Positions 1 through 8,798 of a stretch of 64,000 nucleotides of DNA are shown piece by piece. Where the stretch lies: positions 433,349 to 497,348 of the forward strand of contig JAAEQR010000195.1 in the NCBI GenBank assembly GCA_024231215.1, given 5' to 3'. The notes under the pieces were generated by a model that did not search any database, was not told where the DNA came from, and worked only from the letters and a program-made list of their open reading frames with translations. A program made the position numbers and the translations under genes. Position 1 is the stretch's first letter, and every line of letters starts with the position of its first letter. The DNA is from PVC group bacterium. Lineage in GTDB: Bacteria; Omnitrophota; Gorgyraeia; B26-G9.

Positions 1-1
1 T

Positions 2-619
2 GGCGGAGGCTGTTTAGGAGTAAACAATGAGGCTTTAATCGAGAATATGCAGCAAATGCCGGAACAGAATACTTGTATTGTTGGTGAGATCAAGGCTATG
101 GTTAAGCTGACGGCTTTGGCACTGGTAATGCGGCCGCAGATATATACAATGGTTCTTCCTTTAATTAGAGGGTTAAAAGAAAAAGCTCCAGCCTTAAATT
201 TTGAAGTTAAAGGGTATGCCAAGTTTCAGCTAGGTGTTGCCGGTGCTCTGTTTAAAAAAATAGGAGATTTTAGCGAACAGCGATATGCTAATGGAAAAAG
301 ATTAATAGCAGAGTTACAGGAAACCGAAGGTATTTTTGTGCCAAAAATTGCAGAGAATACTCAGCCAGCATTTAATCGTTTACCGGTTTTATTTAAGGAT
401 ATCAAAAAAAGAAATCAGGTGGCTGAAGAATTAGCTAAAGTGGGGATAGAAACTTCGCGGATGTATTTTAAGCCTTTGCACCACCTGTTTGATTTAGGAT
501 ATGAAAAAGAAGAATTTCCAAAGGCTTGTTATCTTGCCGAACACCTATTAACTCTCCCGACTCATCCGCTTTTAACGGATAATGATATTGATAAGATTAT
601 CGCTACAGTAAAAAAATAG
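2..619 (+). CDS. DegT/DnrJ/EryC1/StrS-type PLP aminotransferase, C-terminal part (5'-truncated by window edge)
   Basis: The reading frame of ORF 47..619 stays open back to nt 2 with no in-frame stop, so the gene most likely begins upstream of the window. The C-terminal stretch (…SRMYFKPLHHLFDLGY…LTLPTHPLLTDNDIDKIIATV) resembles the conserved C-terminus of DegT-family sugar aminotransferases. The family call is from memory, not a search. Confidence 0.45.
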   Translation, partial: GGGCLGVNNEALIENMQQMPEQNTCIVGEIKAMVKLTALALVMRPQIYTMVLPLIRGLKEKAPALNFEVKGYAKFQLGVAGALFKKIGDFSEQRYANGKRLIAELQETEGIFVPKIAENTQPAFNRLPVLFKDIKKRNQVAEELAKVGIETSRMYFKPLHHLFDLGYEKEEFPKACYLAEHLLTLPTHPLLTDNDIDKIIATVKK

Positions 620-640
620 TCTAATTTTTGTCGGTTATTA

Positions 641-1447
641 TTAATACTGAATCAAACTTCCTTGTTTGCGGGCTTTTTTTAATGCGTATTGGAAAGAGCC
701 AAAGCTAAGCGGAATAAGAATTATAGAAAATATGAGTAGAGCCCCCCATTCGTTACTTAGCTGTGCTAAGGAATAGTTTTGGTATACGGCCAGCTCCATA
801 GCACGGATAGCATAGGTGATTGGTAGAAGCTTTGCTAACATTTGCAGAAACGGCGGCATTACAGTTATCGGGAAGAATACTCCACCAAGCAGTCCTTCCA
901 GATTATTTATAATCCAGGCAACTGGGTTGCCTCGTTTGAAGACAATAATAAAACTCGCTGATAGTATACCTAAACTACTAAAGCAGATGATTGTGAGCAG
1001 GAGAATAACCCCGGCAGATAGTAGATTAGCATTAGTAAAATCTATATGAAATAGAAATGCTCCCAAACAAATATATATGCAGGCGTTAAAAGTAGCAAAT
1101 ATAAGGTTCCATAGTGCCATGCTTGCTAAAATTATTCCAATCCGGGTGGGGGTTAAAAGCAGAGATTCTAATGTTCCCATTGTTTGTTCATCTCTGATGC
1201 GTTCGGTAAAAGATCCGATGCCTACCCCGATATAACTAAAGAAAGCCATGCTCAAAAGTACATAAGAAAAATAATTTACTCCGAATTCTTTTAAATGTTC
1301 AGTAATTTCACTGTTGAACATTTTGTCGATAAAAAAGTAAACGAGCAAGAAAACAAATACCCCAAAAATATTAAGGATAAATGAGAGTTTGTAGCTTGTC
1401 TCGATCAGAAGATCTTTTTTTAATAAGGCAAATATTTTTCTAAACAT
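641..1447 (-). CDS. ABC-2 type transporter permease
   Basis: Hydrophobic multi-TM protein immediately downstream of an ABC ATPase on the same strand. The likely start is ATG at 1447 (MFRKIFALLKKD…), overlapping the ATPase stop as ATGTTTAG. The ORF-track start at 1570 would overlap the ATPase by 130 nt. Confidence 0.6.
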   Translation of the reverse strand: MFRKIFALLKKDLLIETSYKLSFILNIFGVFVFLLVYFFIDKMFNSEITEHLKEFGVNYFSYVLLSMAFFSYIGVGIGSFTERIRDEQTMGTLESLLLTPTRIGIILASMALWNLIFATFNACIYICLGAFLFHIDFTNANLLSAGVILLLTIICFSSLGILSASFIIVFKRGNPVAWIINNLEGLLGGVFFPITVMPPFLQMLAKLLPITYAIRAMELAVYQNYSLAQLSNEWGALLIFSIILIPLSFGSFQYALKKARKQGSLIQY

Positions 1448-2228
1448 TTTTTGTAACCTTTTGGTAAATATCGGATAATGACGCATCTTGTAAATTGGTT
1501 TTTTCGCGTAACTGTGACAATGTCCCGCATTCTTGTATCTGCCCATTGTCGAGGATGATAAAAATATCACATAAAGTTTCTGCTTCCGGGATATTGTGAG
1601 TAGCCAAAAGAATGGTTTTCCCTGTATTGCTGAGTTCTTTTATGTGTTGTTTAAGCGATTGCACAGACTGGTAATCTAAACTTTTCATAGGTTCATCAAG
1701 CAGAAGTATTTCCGGATTATGCAGTAGTGCACGGATAAGCGCGAATTTTCGTTTCATGCCCGCAGAGTAAGTATCGAATCGTTTGTCCTGGTAATTTATT
1801 TTAAACATAGAAAATAGTTCATCAATCCGTTTTTTTGTTCGTTGTTTATCTAATCCATAAAGTGTGCTGAAAAATTCTAAATTTTGTTTTCCGGTAAGCC
1901 TCCAGTAAAAACTACGTTCTTCATTAGAAGCAAGACCGAGTAGTGATTTTATTTCGCGGTCATGTGTGCCGGCTGAATAGTTTTTTATCTTGATCCTACC
2001 AACATCCGGCAGAATTAAGGTGGAGATTGTTTTAAGCAGGGTGGTTTTGCCGGCACCGTTTGCGCCTAATAATCCGGTGATTTTCCCTGGTTCAAGAGAA
2101 AAGGAGACATCTTTAAGAGCGGTAACCGCGGATTTTTGTTTATGCTTAATAATGTCGCCGAAAGATACGGCTGGGTAGAATAGTTTAGTGATCGTTTCTA
2201 CGGTTAATATTGAATTATTCATATTCAT
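1440..2228 (-). CDS. ABC transporter ATP-binding protein
   Basis: Walker A GANGAGKTT, ABC signature-like YSAGMKRK, Walker B ILLLDEP and H-loop LATHN are all present. Confidence 0.85.
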   Translation of the reverse strand: MNMNNSILTVETITKLFYPAVSFGDIIKHKQKSAVTALKDVSFSLEPGKITGLLGANGAGKTTLLKTISTLILPDVGRIKIKNYSAGTHDREIKSLLGLASNEERSFYWRLTGKQNLEFFSTLYGLDKQRTKKRIDELFSMFKINYQDKRFDTYSAGMKRKFALIRALLHNPEILLLDEPMKSLDYQSVQSLKQHIKELSNTGKTILLATHNIPEAETLCDIFIILDNGQIQECGTLSQLREKTNLQDASLSDIYQKVTKNV

Positions 2229-2565
2229 AAGCCTATCAAATCAAATAGATATAGTCAAGGTTCATCTTAATATTGATGACAAAAATTAGTGCAACATTTC
2301 GTTACACCACTTTTTTATGGCAATTTTACTTAACATTATTAATTTAAAGATGTTAGGATGTTTTTAGTTTAGGAATGTAACGAAATAATGCATATTAATA
2401 TATATAAAGGAAATATAGTAAGGAATTAAATATGAAAGCATAATTAAAATAAGTAATTGTTAAATAAGTAGTTATGTAAATATATTTAAATTTTCTTCTT
2501 TTTATAGAATTGGTACTGAAAATGCTCTTAATGAAGTTGAGAGATTCTATAGAAAGGGAATTGAT

Positions 2566-3282
2566 TTGAGAAAAAAAGTAATTATCATATTATTGTTACT
2601 GTTGCTGGTTAATACTGGTACGGGGTTTGCACAGAGCGCGGGTGAATCTTCTCTTTTTAGCATTGAATTTATTGGGCAATTTGTTGGGGCCACATATACT
2701 TCGGTAATGATTCACGAGGCAGGTCATTATGATGAAGCTAATATAATGGGGGTTACTCCTACGATACATCTTGGATTTATGAAGCAAAAGTCAGGAGATG
2801 GCAGTTCTCATGTATCCTTGGGAGAAACTCGTTATGAAAGATATCCTCAAGATGCTAAAAAGAAAAGCCGGTTAGCTTTAGCCGGGATAGAGTCATCGCA
2901 CAAGATATATGAATCGCTTAATAATCAAATAATAAACGGGCAAGCCAATAGTCGCTTTGATTCGATGGTTGCGTTGTTTTGTAAGACTGATTTTCCCCGC
3001 TATGCATTTATTCATAGCCTTACTGAGAACCCCGGACAGGCTAATGATCTTGAATGTTATATTACAAATTCCGGTGCAGATAAAGAGTTTATTTATACAG
3101 CAGCTTTTTTAGATGTTGTTTTTAATTTGCCGGATATAGAATTTCATATAAAAAATGTTTTAGGCATGAATTCTCAAATGCCAAAATTAAGAGAAATTTG
3201 TGGTTTTAAAACTCAACCGCGTGTATTTGTCGAGAGATATGCGGGTATAGCTATTGGATTTGATTTAAGTAAGAAATGGTGA
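2566..3282 (+). CDS. secreted hypothetical protein with HExxH motif (putative Zn-metallopeptidase-like)
   Basis: TTG start. N-terminal signal peptide MRKKVIIILLLLLLVNTGTGFA|QS. HEAGH (HExxH) motif at residues ~50-54. C-terminal aromatic residue (…GFDLSKKW). No further family assignment possible. Confidence 0.4.
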   Translation: MRKKVIIILLLLLLVNTGTGFAQSAGESSLFSIEFIGQFVGATYTSVMIHEAGHYDEANIMGVTPTIHLGFMKQKSGDGSSHVSLGETRYERYPQDAKKKSRLALAGIESSHKIYESLNNQIINGQANSRFDSMVALFCKTDFPRYAFIHSLTENPGQANDLECYITNSGADKEFIYTAAFLDVVFNLPDIEFHIKNVLGMNSQMPKLREICGFKTQPRVFVERYAGIAIGFDLSKKW

Positions 3283-3585
3283 TCTGCACATTTTGCAACA
3301 GCGCATGTAAATCCTACCTTATTTTTTCCTTGTCAGTCTTTTTATACTTGTGATACACTTTATAGGTACAGCGAGGTGAAATTGCCGCACTAAAATTGAA
3401 GATGATACGAATACTACTTTGGTAACTCTTCAGGAATTTAAAGCAATGAGTATTGGCCGGGAAACGAGAATGATTGAACTAAAAAGAGAAGTCAATGAAT
3501 TGGCCAAGGAATTGGGGCATCTGGAACCGTATGATATATCTTTCGCGGAGTAACTTTAATTTTAAAACAGGAGGTATAAAGTAAT

Positions 3586-4986
3586 ATGAAGAAGAACAAG
3601 AAACAGTTTTTTATGTTTATTAGTAGTATTATTATTTTAAGCTTTATTATTATTGCCTCGTTTTGTGTTGCTCAACCTATAGTCGGGGAACAGTCGGAAG
3701 TGGCCGGAGAGTTTTTTGAAATGCCTGTTTCAGCCAGCAATTATTACTTTGCTAAGAGAGTGATCCAGACTTTTGGCGCTAAGTGGAGAGGTAATCCTAA
3801 AATTCCGGAAGAGCTGGAAGATCTGGTGTGGCAGGAATTATTATTTTCTTATGAGGCATTTAAAAGAGGAATTGAGGTAACCGAAGAAGAAATAGATGAA
3901 GAAATCGAAAAAACAATCAAGGCGCAAAAAGTTGAATTTAACTGGAGGACTGATAAAGATGAGTTTCAAAAATGGGTTGAAGAAACATTAAAAGTTCCGG
4001 TTGAGATGTTCAGGCATCAAATGGAACATTTAATAAAAATAGAAATACTACGCACAGAAATAATTGATAGTATAGAGCCGGAGGTTACAGAGGAAGAAAG
4101 CTATCAGAAATTTCTTAATGAATATAATACTTTGTTAGTGGAGCTGGTTCAGTTTGACGATATGGAGAAAGCAAAAGATTTTTATGAGCAGTCAGTTAAG
4201 CCTCTTGCAAAAACAGATTGGGAAAAATTAGTTTGGGACGAAAAAGTTCTTTCTTATGAAGCAACTAAACGAGGGATAGAGGTGCTGGATGAAGAAGTTG
4301 AAGCAGCTATTGAGAAAATAATGGTCTGGGATGAAAAACGTGTTCAGTGGAAAACAGATTCGGAAGCTTTTAAAACATGGATAATGGAAAGAACTGGAGA
4401 GACGGAAGATGATTTTCGAAAACATATCAAGTTGTTTGTTAAGATAGAAAAATTATTGAGAGCAATTAAAGCCGAAGAAGAACCGGCAATTAGTGATAAT
4501 GAGTATAAAGCAATGATTGATAAACATGGAACTATTAAAGAAGCTTATGCAAAATTCATTGCAGAGTATGAAATACCGCTAGGGGATGTACTTCATTTTG
4601 GTTCTTTAGAGCAGGCGATAGCTTATTATGAGAAACTGGGGAGAACTCCAGGTTTTTGGGAAGATAAAAAGAGAGAAGATCCTAAGTCGTTTAAGCGTCC
4701 TGGATTTGTAGCTTTAGATTTTCTGGTTAATATGTGGGGATTTCAGGTAGAAGATGCTTATAAAATGCTCGAGTGGGAATTAAATGCTTTTTATCCTCCG
4801 GCGCCTATTTATAAGGGATTTGGAGTGTTTAAAATTTTAAGAGTTCGCAGGGCAGACCCAGCGCAATATAAAGATAGAGAGGAATATTATCTTGATAGAG
4901 TTTCGAGAATTAAAAAACATGAAGGATTCAAGGACTGGGTGAAAACATTTACAGAAAGTGCTAAAATAAAGCGTTTTATCCCATAA
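3586..4986 (+). CDS. secreted protein with internally duplicated SurA-N/PpiC-chaperone-like segments
   Basis: Strong RBS (caggaggt) 8 nt upstream. Signal peptide/TM (FMFISSIIILSFIIIASFCVA). Two paralogous segments (VWQELLFSYEAFKRGIEVTEEEIDEEIEK…NWRTDKDEFQKW and VWDEKVLSYEATKRGIEVLDEEVEAAIEK…QWKTDSEAFKTW). No parvulin PPIase motif seen. The functional call is tentative. Confidence 0.4.
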   Translation: MKKNKKQFFMFISSIIILSFIIIASFCVAQPIVGEQSEVAGEFFEMPVSASNYYFAKRVIQTFGAKWRGNPKIPEELEDLVWQELLFSYEAFKRGIEVTEEEIDEEIEKTIKAQKVEFNWRTDKDEFQKWVEETLKVPVEMFRHQMEHLIKIEILRTEIIDSIEPEVTEEESYQKFLNEYNTLLVELVQFDDMEKAKDFYEQSVKPLAKTDWEKLVWDEKVLSYEATKRGIEVLDEEVEAAIEKIMVWDEKRVQWKTDSEAFKTWIMERTGETEDDFRKHIKLFVKIEKLLRAIKAEEEPAISDNEYKAMIDKHGTIKEAYAKFIAEYEIPLGDVLHFGSLEQAIAYYEKLGRTPGFWEDKKREDPKSFKRPGFVALDFLVNMWGFQVEDAYKMLEWELNAFYPPAPIYKGFGVFKILRVRRADPAQYKDREEYYLDRVSRIKKHEGFKDWVKTFTESAKIKRFIP

Positions 4987-4989
4987 AAT

Positions 4990-5490
4990 ATGGACAATGT
5001 TATTCTTAAGACAAAGATTGATGTTTACCAGGATCAATTAAAGAAAAATAAGAAGGTGCGTATTAAAGTTACCGGTAATTCAATGCTGCCTTTTTTAAAG
5101 AACGGGGAAGTGATTGTTGTTGAGCCTGTAACCGTAAAGAATCTTTTCCCCGGGGATGTTGCTCTGACTTATATCCAGGGGAGCGTGTTTTGTCATCGTG
5201 TTTTTAAAAATAACGGCAGAGTATTTCAGACCAAAGGTGATGCCTTAACCTTGCTTGATCCTCCGGCGACAGAAGAGAATTTAATCGGGAAAGCTACAGC
5301 ACGTGTAGTAGGGCTTAGGAATATGAAGCTTGCCAGGATCACAGGATTTTTGATCTCACGTATGAGTATAATTGCGGCATATGTATATATCCCTTTGCGA
5401 TTCATCAAAAGAATCTTTAAAAAAGTAATTATTGGGGAAGTAATACGGGATGAAAATACGCACCCAAAGCAGGGGCAGCGAGATAAATAA
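4990..5490 (+). CDS. S24/S26-family (LexA/signal-peptidase-like) serine peptidase
   Basis: GNSMLP motif (the Ser nucleophile motif of S24/S26 peptidases) with no N-terminal HTH. Starts 4 nt after the upstream gene's stop. Confidence 0.55.
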   Translation: MDNVILKTKIDVYQDQLKKNKKVRIKVTGNSMLPFLKNGEVIVVEPVTVKNLFPGDVALTYIQGSVFCHRVFKNNGRVFQTKGDALTLLDPPATEENLIGKATARVVGLRNMKLARITGFLISRMSIIAAYVYIPLRFIKRIFKKVIIGEVIRDENTHPKQGQRDK

Positions 5491-6700
5491 TTTTATTAGA
5501 GCACTTATTATAAAACCTTCCGAGTTTTCGTCTGGTTGTGAACATGATTTTTTAAATAATATTGATACTTCGACGTCGCTCAGTATTAACCCTGAGCAGA
5601 CTCCGGACGATAATCTGGGGAAAGTCGAATGGGTTGATTGGCAACTGTTTTTGGAGAGAGTTTTTACTGAAGGGGTAGCAGGGCTAATTTTTTTCAATTC
5701 TGTGCAGTTTAAGTTTTCGCAAATATTTCCTGAGAATGTTTATGAGAAGTTAAGGCATGATTATGAGAATACCACTGGTCGGAATATGGTTATTCTTAAT
5801 TGTCTTGAAGAAGTAATAGCGCGTTTTAAAGAAGAGTCTATTGCATTGCTTTTAATTCGCGGGATTGATTTTCTGAAAAATTTGTATGAAACTGCCGGAA
5901 TACGGGCAATGATTGATGTGGATATAGTGATTCATCGGGAAGATTTAACTCGGGTTGCTGATGTTTTTTCAGGGCTGGGGTATGAGCATCCGGAAGGATA
6001 TCCATATATTTTTTGTCAGGATGGTATTTTCTTCGATTTACATATTGATCGGGCTGGATTTTGGAGGATTGATTCCTGGCCGCAAGCGATAGGCATTAGT
6101 GAGCCGGATATTTGGAATCAGGCTTGTCCATTAGAAGATGAAGCCCCAAATATTAGGACTTTATCTGTTTACGATTCAATCCTGGTTTCCTGCGCGCATT
6201 TACAGGATCATTCCTATAGCCGGTTGATTTGGTTTGTGGATATTTGGTGTCTGATTAAAAAAGAAGCAAATGAGTTCGACTGGCAATATCTATTACAACG
6301 TGCGAAGCAATATAATTTGGAAAAACCGCTTTGTTTTACATTGAGATATCTATCTAAGTACGAATTTATAGATTTGCCGGATAATGTGAATTCTTTTTTA
6401 GATAAGTTGCCTTTGAATTTTATTGAATCAAGGTCGTTGCGTATGCTTTTAGCAGATAATCGACAGGCGGTTTCAGGGGATCTATTGTATTTATTTTCAT
6501 TTAAAACTCTTGCTGAGCGGTTGCGTTTTATCCGGCAGACAATATTTATTGAAAAAGATAATTTTCCTTTATTTGAACAAAAAATAACAGTTTGGGATTA
6601 CTTGCGTAGATTTTTTCGAATAGTGATGTATAGCGTTCGTAAGATGTTTGCGATACTTAACCCGGGAAATACGACCGAGCGTAACGACACAGATGTGTGA
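5450..6700 (+). CDS. nucleotidyltransferase-family protein (PF14907-like), RiPP-cassette member
   Basis: Pol-beta-like NTase core resemblance (…LLLIRGIDFLKNLYETAGIRAMIDVDIVIHREDL…). Sits directly upstream of an HprK-related kinase and a PqqD protein, the context in which this NTase family is typically found. Overlaps the upstream ORF by 41 nt; the true start may be internal. Confidence 0.45.
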   Translation: MKIRTQSRGSEINNFIRALIIKPSEFSSGCEHDFLNNIDTSTSLSINPEQTPDDNLGKVEWVDWQLFLERVFTEGVAGLIFFNSVQFKFSQIFPENVYEKLRHDYENTTGRNMVILNCLEEVIARFKEESIALLLIRGIDFLKNLYETAGIRAMIDVDIVIHREDLTRVADVFSGLGYEHPEGYPYIFCQDGIFFDLHIDRAGFWRIDSWPQAIGISEPDIWNQACPLEDEAPNIRTLSVYDSILVSCAHLQDHSYSRLIWFVDIWCLIKKEANEFDWQYLLQRAKQYNLEKPLCFTLRYLSKYEFIDLPDNVNSFLDKLPLNFIESRSLRMLLADNRQAVSGDLLYLFSFKTLAERLRFIRQTIFIEKDNFPLFEQKITVWDYLRRFFRIVMYSVRKMFAILNPGNTTERNDTDV

Positions 6701-6732
6701 TAATTTGTGCCCGCAGTAGATAATGGTATGAA

Positions 6733-7533
6733 ATGTTCGGGTGGAGACTTAAAATGAATGATATTTATTTGGATATATGTGGACATAAACTGTCTGTTTG
6801 CAGTGAAGATGAAGGTTTTATTGCAGAATTAAAAGACAAATATCGCAATTTTATAAGTAAACTCGAAGGTGATATAAATATTCTTGTAGCTCATAAACCA
6901 TTTAAAGATGAAGACAGCGATATTGTTGTGCAGAAAGAAGCCAAAGGGTATGTTATTACCGGTAATGAGATCGAGGCAAGGGTGGATGATTCCCTGGGGA
7001 AAATTAAACTCAAGATTCCCGCTAATGCAGGCACATTTGATTGTTTTTTGCGTATATTTTATTCTTTACTTTTGTTGGAAGATGATGCGTTTTTGATTCA
7101 TGCTGCGGGTTTGGCAAAAGCAGGCAGGGGAGTACTTTTTACCGGGCCTTCAGAAAGCGGAAAAACAACTACTGTTTCCAGAGCGGAAGGGCTTGATATT
7201 TTAAGTGATGAGCTTGTAGCAATAAAAGAAGATGACGGACAATTCTATCTTTTTTCAACGCCGTTTCATGGAGAATACAGAGGTGATGTTGCCTGTAAAT
7301 GTGTTCCTTTACAGAAAATATATTTTTTAACTAAAAAAGTAGTGGAGCAGAAACCTTTGAAGATATTGGAAGTATTTGTTGGCTTATTGGAAAATACATT
7401 TTTCTTTTATCGGAATAAGCAAGCTGATAAGAAAATTCTGGAGTTATGCCATAAGCTTTCAAAAAAAGTAGATGCATATCACATGAATATTTTAGCAGAG
7501 AGAAGTGTAGGGAGGTTGTTTAATGAAGTTTGA
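6733..7533 (+). CDS. HprK-related kinase (HPr kinase/phosphorylase C-terminal-domain-like)
   Basis: P-loop region LIHAAGLAKAGRGVLFTGPSESGKTTT followed by …DELVAI…, similar to the HPr kinase C-domain. Gene context with PqqD and rSAM/SPASM matches the HprK-related kinase families. Confidence 0.6.
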   Translation: MFGWRLKMNDIYLDICGHKLSVCSEDEGFIAELKDKYRNFISKLEGDINILVAHKPFKDEDSDIVVQKEAKGYVITGNEIEARVDDSLGKIKLKIPANAGTFDCFLRIFYSLLLLEDDAFLIHAAGLAKAGRGVLFTGPSESGKTTTVSRAEGLDILSDELVAIKEDDGQFYLFSTPFHGEYRGDVACKCVPLQKIYFLTKKVVEQKPLKILEVFVGLLENTFFFYRNKQADKKILELCHKLSKKVDAYHMNILAERSVGRLFNEV

Positions 7534-7804
7534 AAATATGTTGATTGGGCGCAGTGATCAGGCGGCTTGGCAGGAAGTTGAAGAGAATGTAGTTGTGGTT
7601 AATTCTAATACACGCAAAGTTCATATTCTTTCCGGTATTGGCGGGAGGATTTGGCAGATTTTAGAACATCCTAGGCAGCAAACAGATATTGTAAATGTAA
7701 TTATGCAAGAGTATGATGTTGCACGTGAGCAGGCGGAAAATGATGTGGATTCTTTTTTGCAGGAACTTGCTCAAAAGGAGATAATAAAGATAAAAGATGA
7801 ATGA
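7523..7804 (+). CDS. PqqD-family peptide chaperone (RiPP recognition element)
   Basis: 93 aa with a PqqD-like pattern (…VVVVNSNTRKVHILSGIGGRIWQILEH…IVNVIMQEYDV…DVDSFLQELAQKEII). Overlaps both neighbouring genes, which suggests translational coupling. Confidence 0.7.
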   Translation: MKFENMLIGRSDQAAWQEVEENVVVVNSNTRKVHILSGIGGRIWQILEHPRQQTDIVNVIMQEYDVAREQAENDVDSFLQELAQKEIIKIKDE

Positions 7805-8798
7805 TATCTGGAAACATGTGCGCAATACAATAGAAAATAAATATATTCCAATCTCAATGATACTGGAACTTACACGGCGGTGTAATTTGAATTGCTGTCA
7901 TTGTTATAATATTAAAAGCAACTCAGAGCTAAGTTTTCCTCAGATAAAAGAGATTAGCCGGCAGTTAAGAGATGCCGGATGTTTATTTTTGTTTCTCACC
8001 GGCGGGGAAGTTTTTTGTATGCCCGATTTTCTGGAGATCATTACTTATTTGCGGCGCGCTGGTTTTGATTTAAAGATTTTCACAAACGGAACATTGATAA
8101 CATCGGATCTTGTTTATAAGCTAGGGGATTTAGGTATTAGCGAAATAGGTATAAGTATTCAGGGAGCCGAACCAAAAACACATGATCGTATTTCCGGAGT
8201 TCCCGGAGCTTTTGAAAAATCAATAACTGCAATTAAAATGTTGAAGGAACGCGGGGTGCCGGTAAATATAAAATGCACCTTAATGAAAGAGAACTTTGCT
8301 GAATACAAGGACATTATAAAATTGGCAGAAAATTTAGGAGTTACTTATGTAATAGACCCGGTAGTTTCACCTCGTGATGATGGGTCCAGGGATGTGTTAT
8401 CCTGTCGTTTGGATGAAACTCAATTAAAGCAATTTTATAGCGAACAATTCTCTCGATTAGAAGTAACTAAAGTCGAGGAAAATTCTATTTGTGAAGCAGG
8501 GCGTACTTTTGGGAGCATATCTGCAGTCGGAGACGTATATCCATGTATTCAGATTCCCTTAAAAGTCGGTAATGTTTTTGAAAGAGAGTTTCTGGATATT
8601 TGGAGTGATGCCCAAATGCTTAAGAAGATGCGCAGCTTTAAATCATCTGAAATTAAGGCTTGTGTGGATTGTGATATGGTATCTTCCTGTTCAATATGTC
8701 CTGGGCTTGCTTACTTGGAAGACGGGGATCTTTTTGGGCCGGCTTCTATAGCTTGTTTAAATGCGCGTATTCAAAAAGAGGTGGAGAATGAAAAATAA
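7797..8798 (+). CDS. radical SAM enzyme with C-terminal SPASM/twitch domain
   Basis: CxxxCxxC near the N-terminus (RRCNLNCCHCYN). Additional Cys cluster at the C-terminus (C…CIQIP…CVDCDMVSSCSICPG). Confidence 0.8.
   Translation: MNDIWKHVRNTIENKYIPISMILELTRRCNLNCCHCYNIKSNSELSFPQIKEISRQLRDAGCLFLFLTGGEVFCMPDFLEIITYLRRAGFDLKIFTNGTLITSDLVYKLGDLGISEIGISIQGAEPKTHDRISGVPGAFEKSITAIKMLKERGVPVNIKCTLMKENFAEYKDIIKLAENLGVTYVIDPVVSPRDDGSRDVLSCRLDETQLKQFYSEQFSRLEVTKVEENSICEAGRTFGSISAVGDVYPCIQIPLKVGNVFEREFLDIWSDAQMLKKMRSFKSSEIKACVDCDMVSSCSICPGLAYLEDGDLFGPASIACLNARIQKEVENEK

Noticed and set aside
816-2178. Small plus-strand ORFs 816-1049 and 1990-2178 opposite the ABC permease and ATPase genes
   Set aside because: They are antisense to CDSs with clear ABC motifs. 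No independent support.
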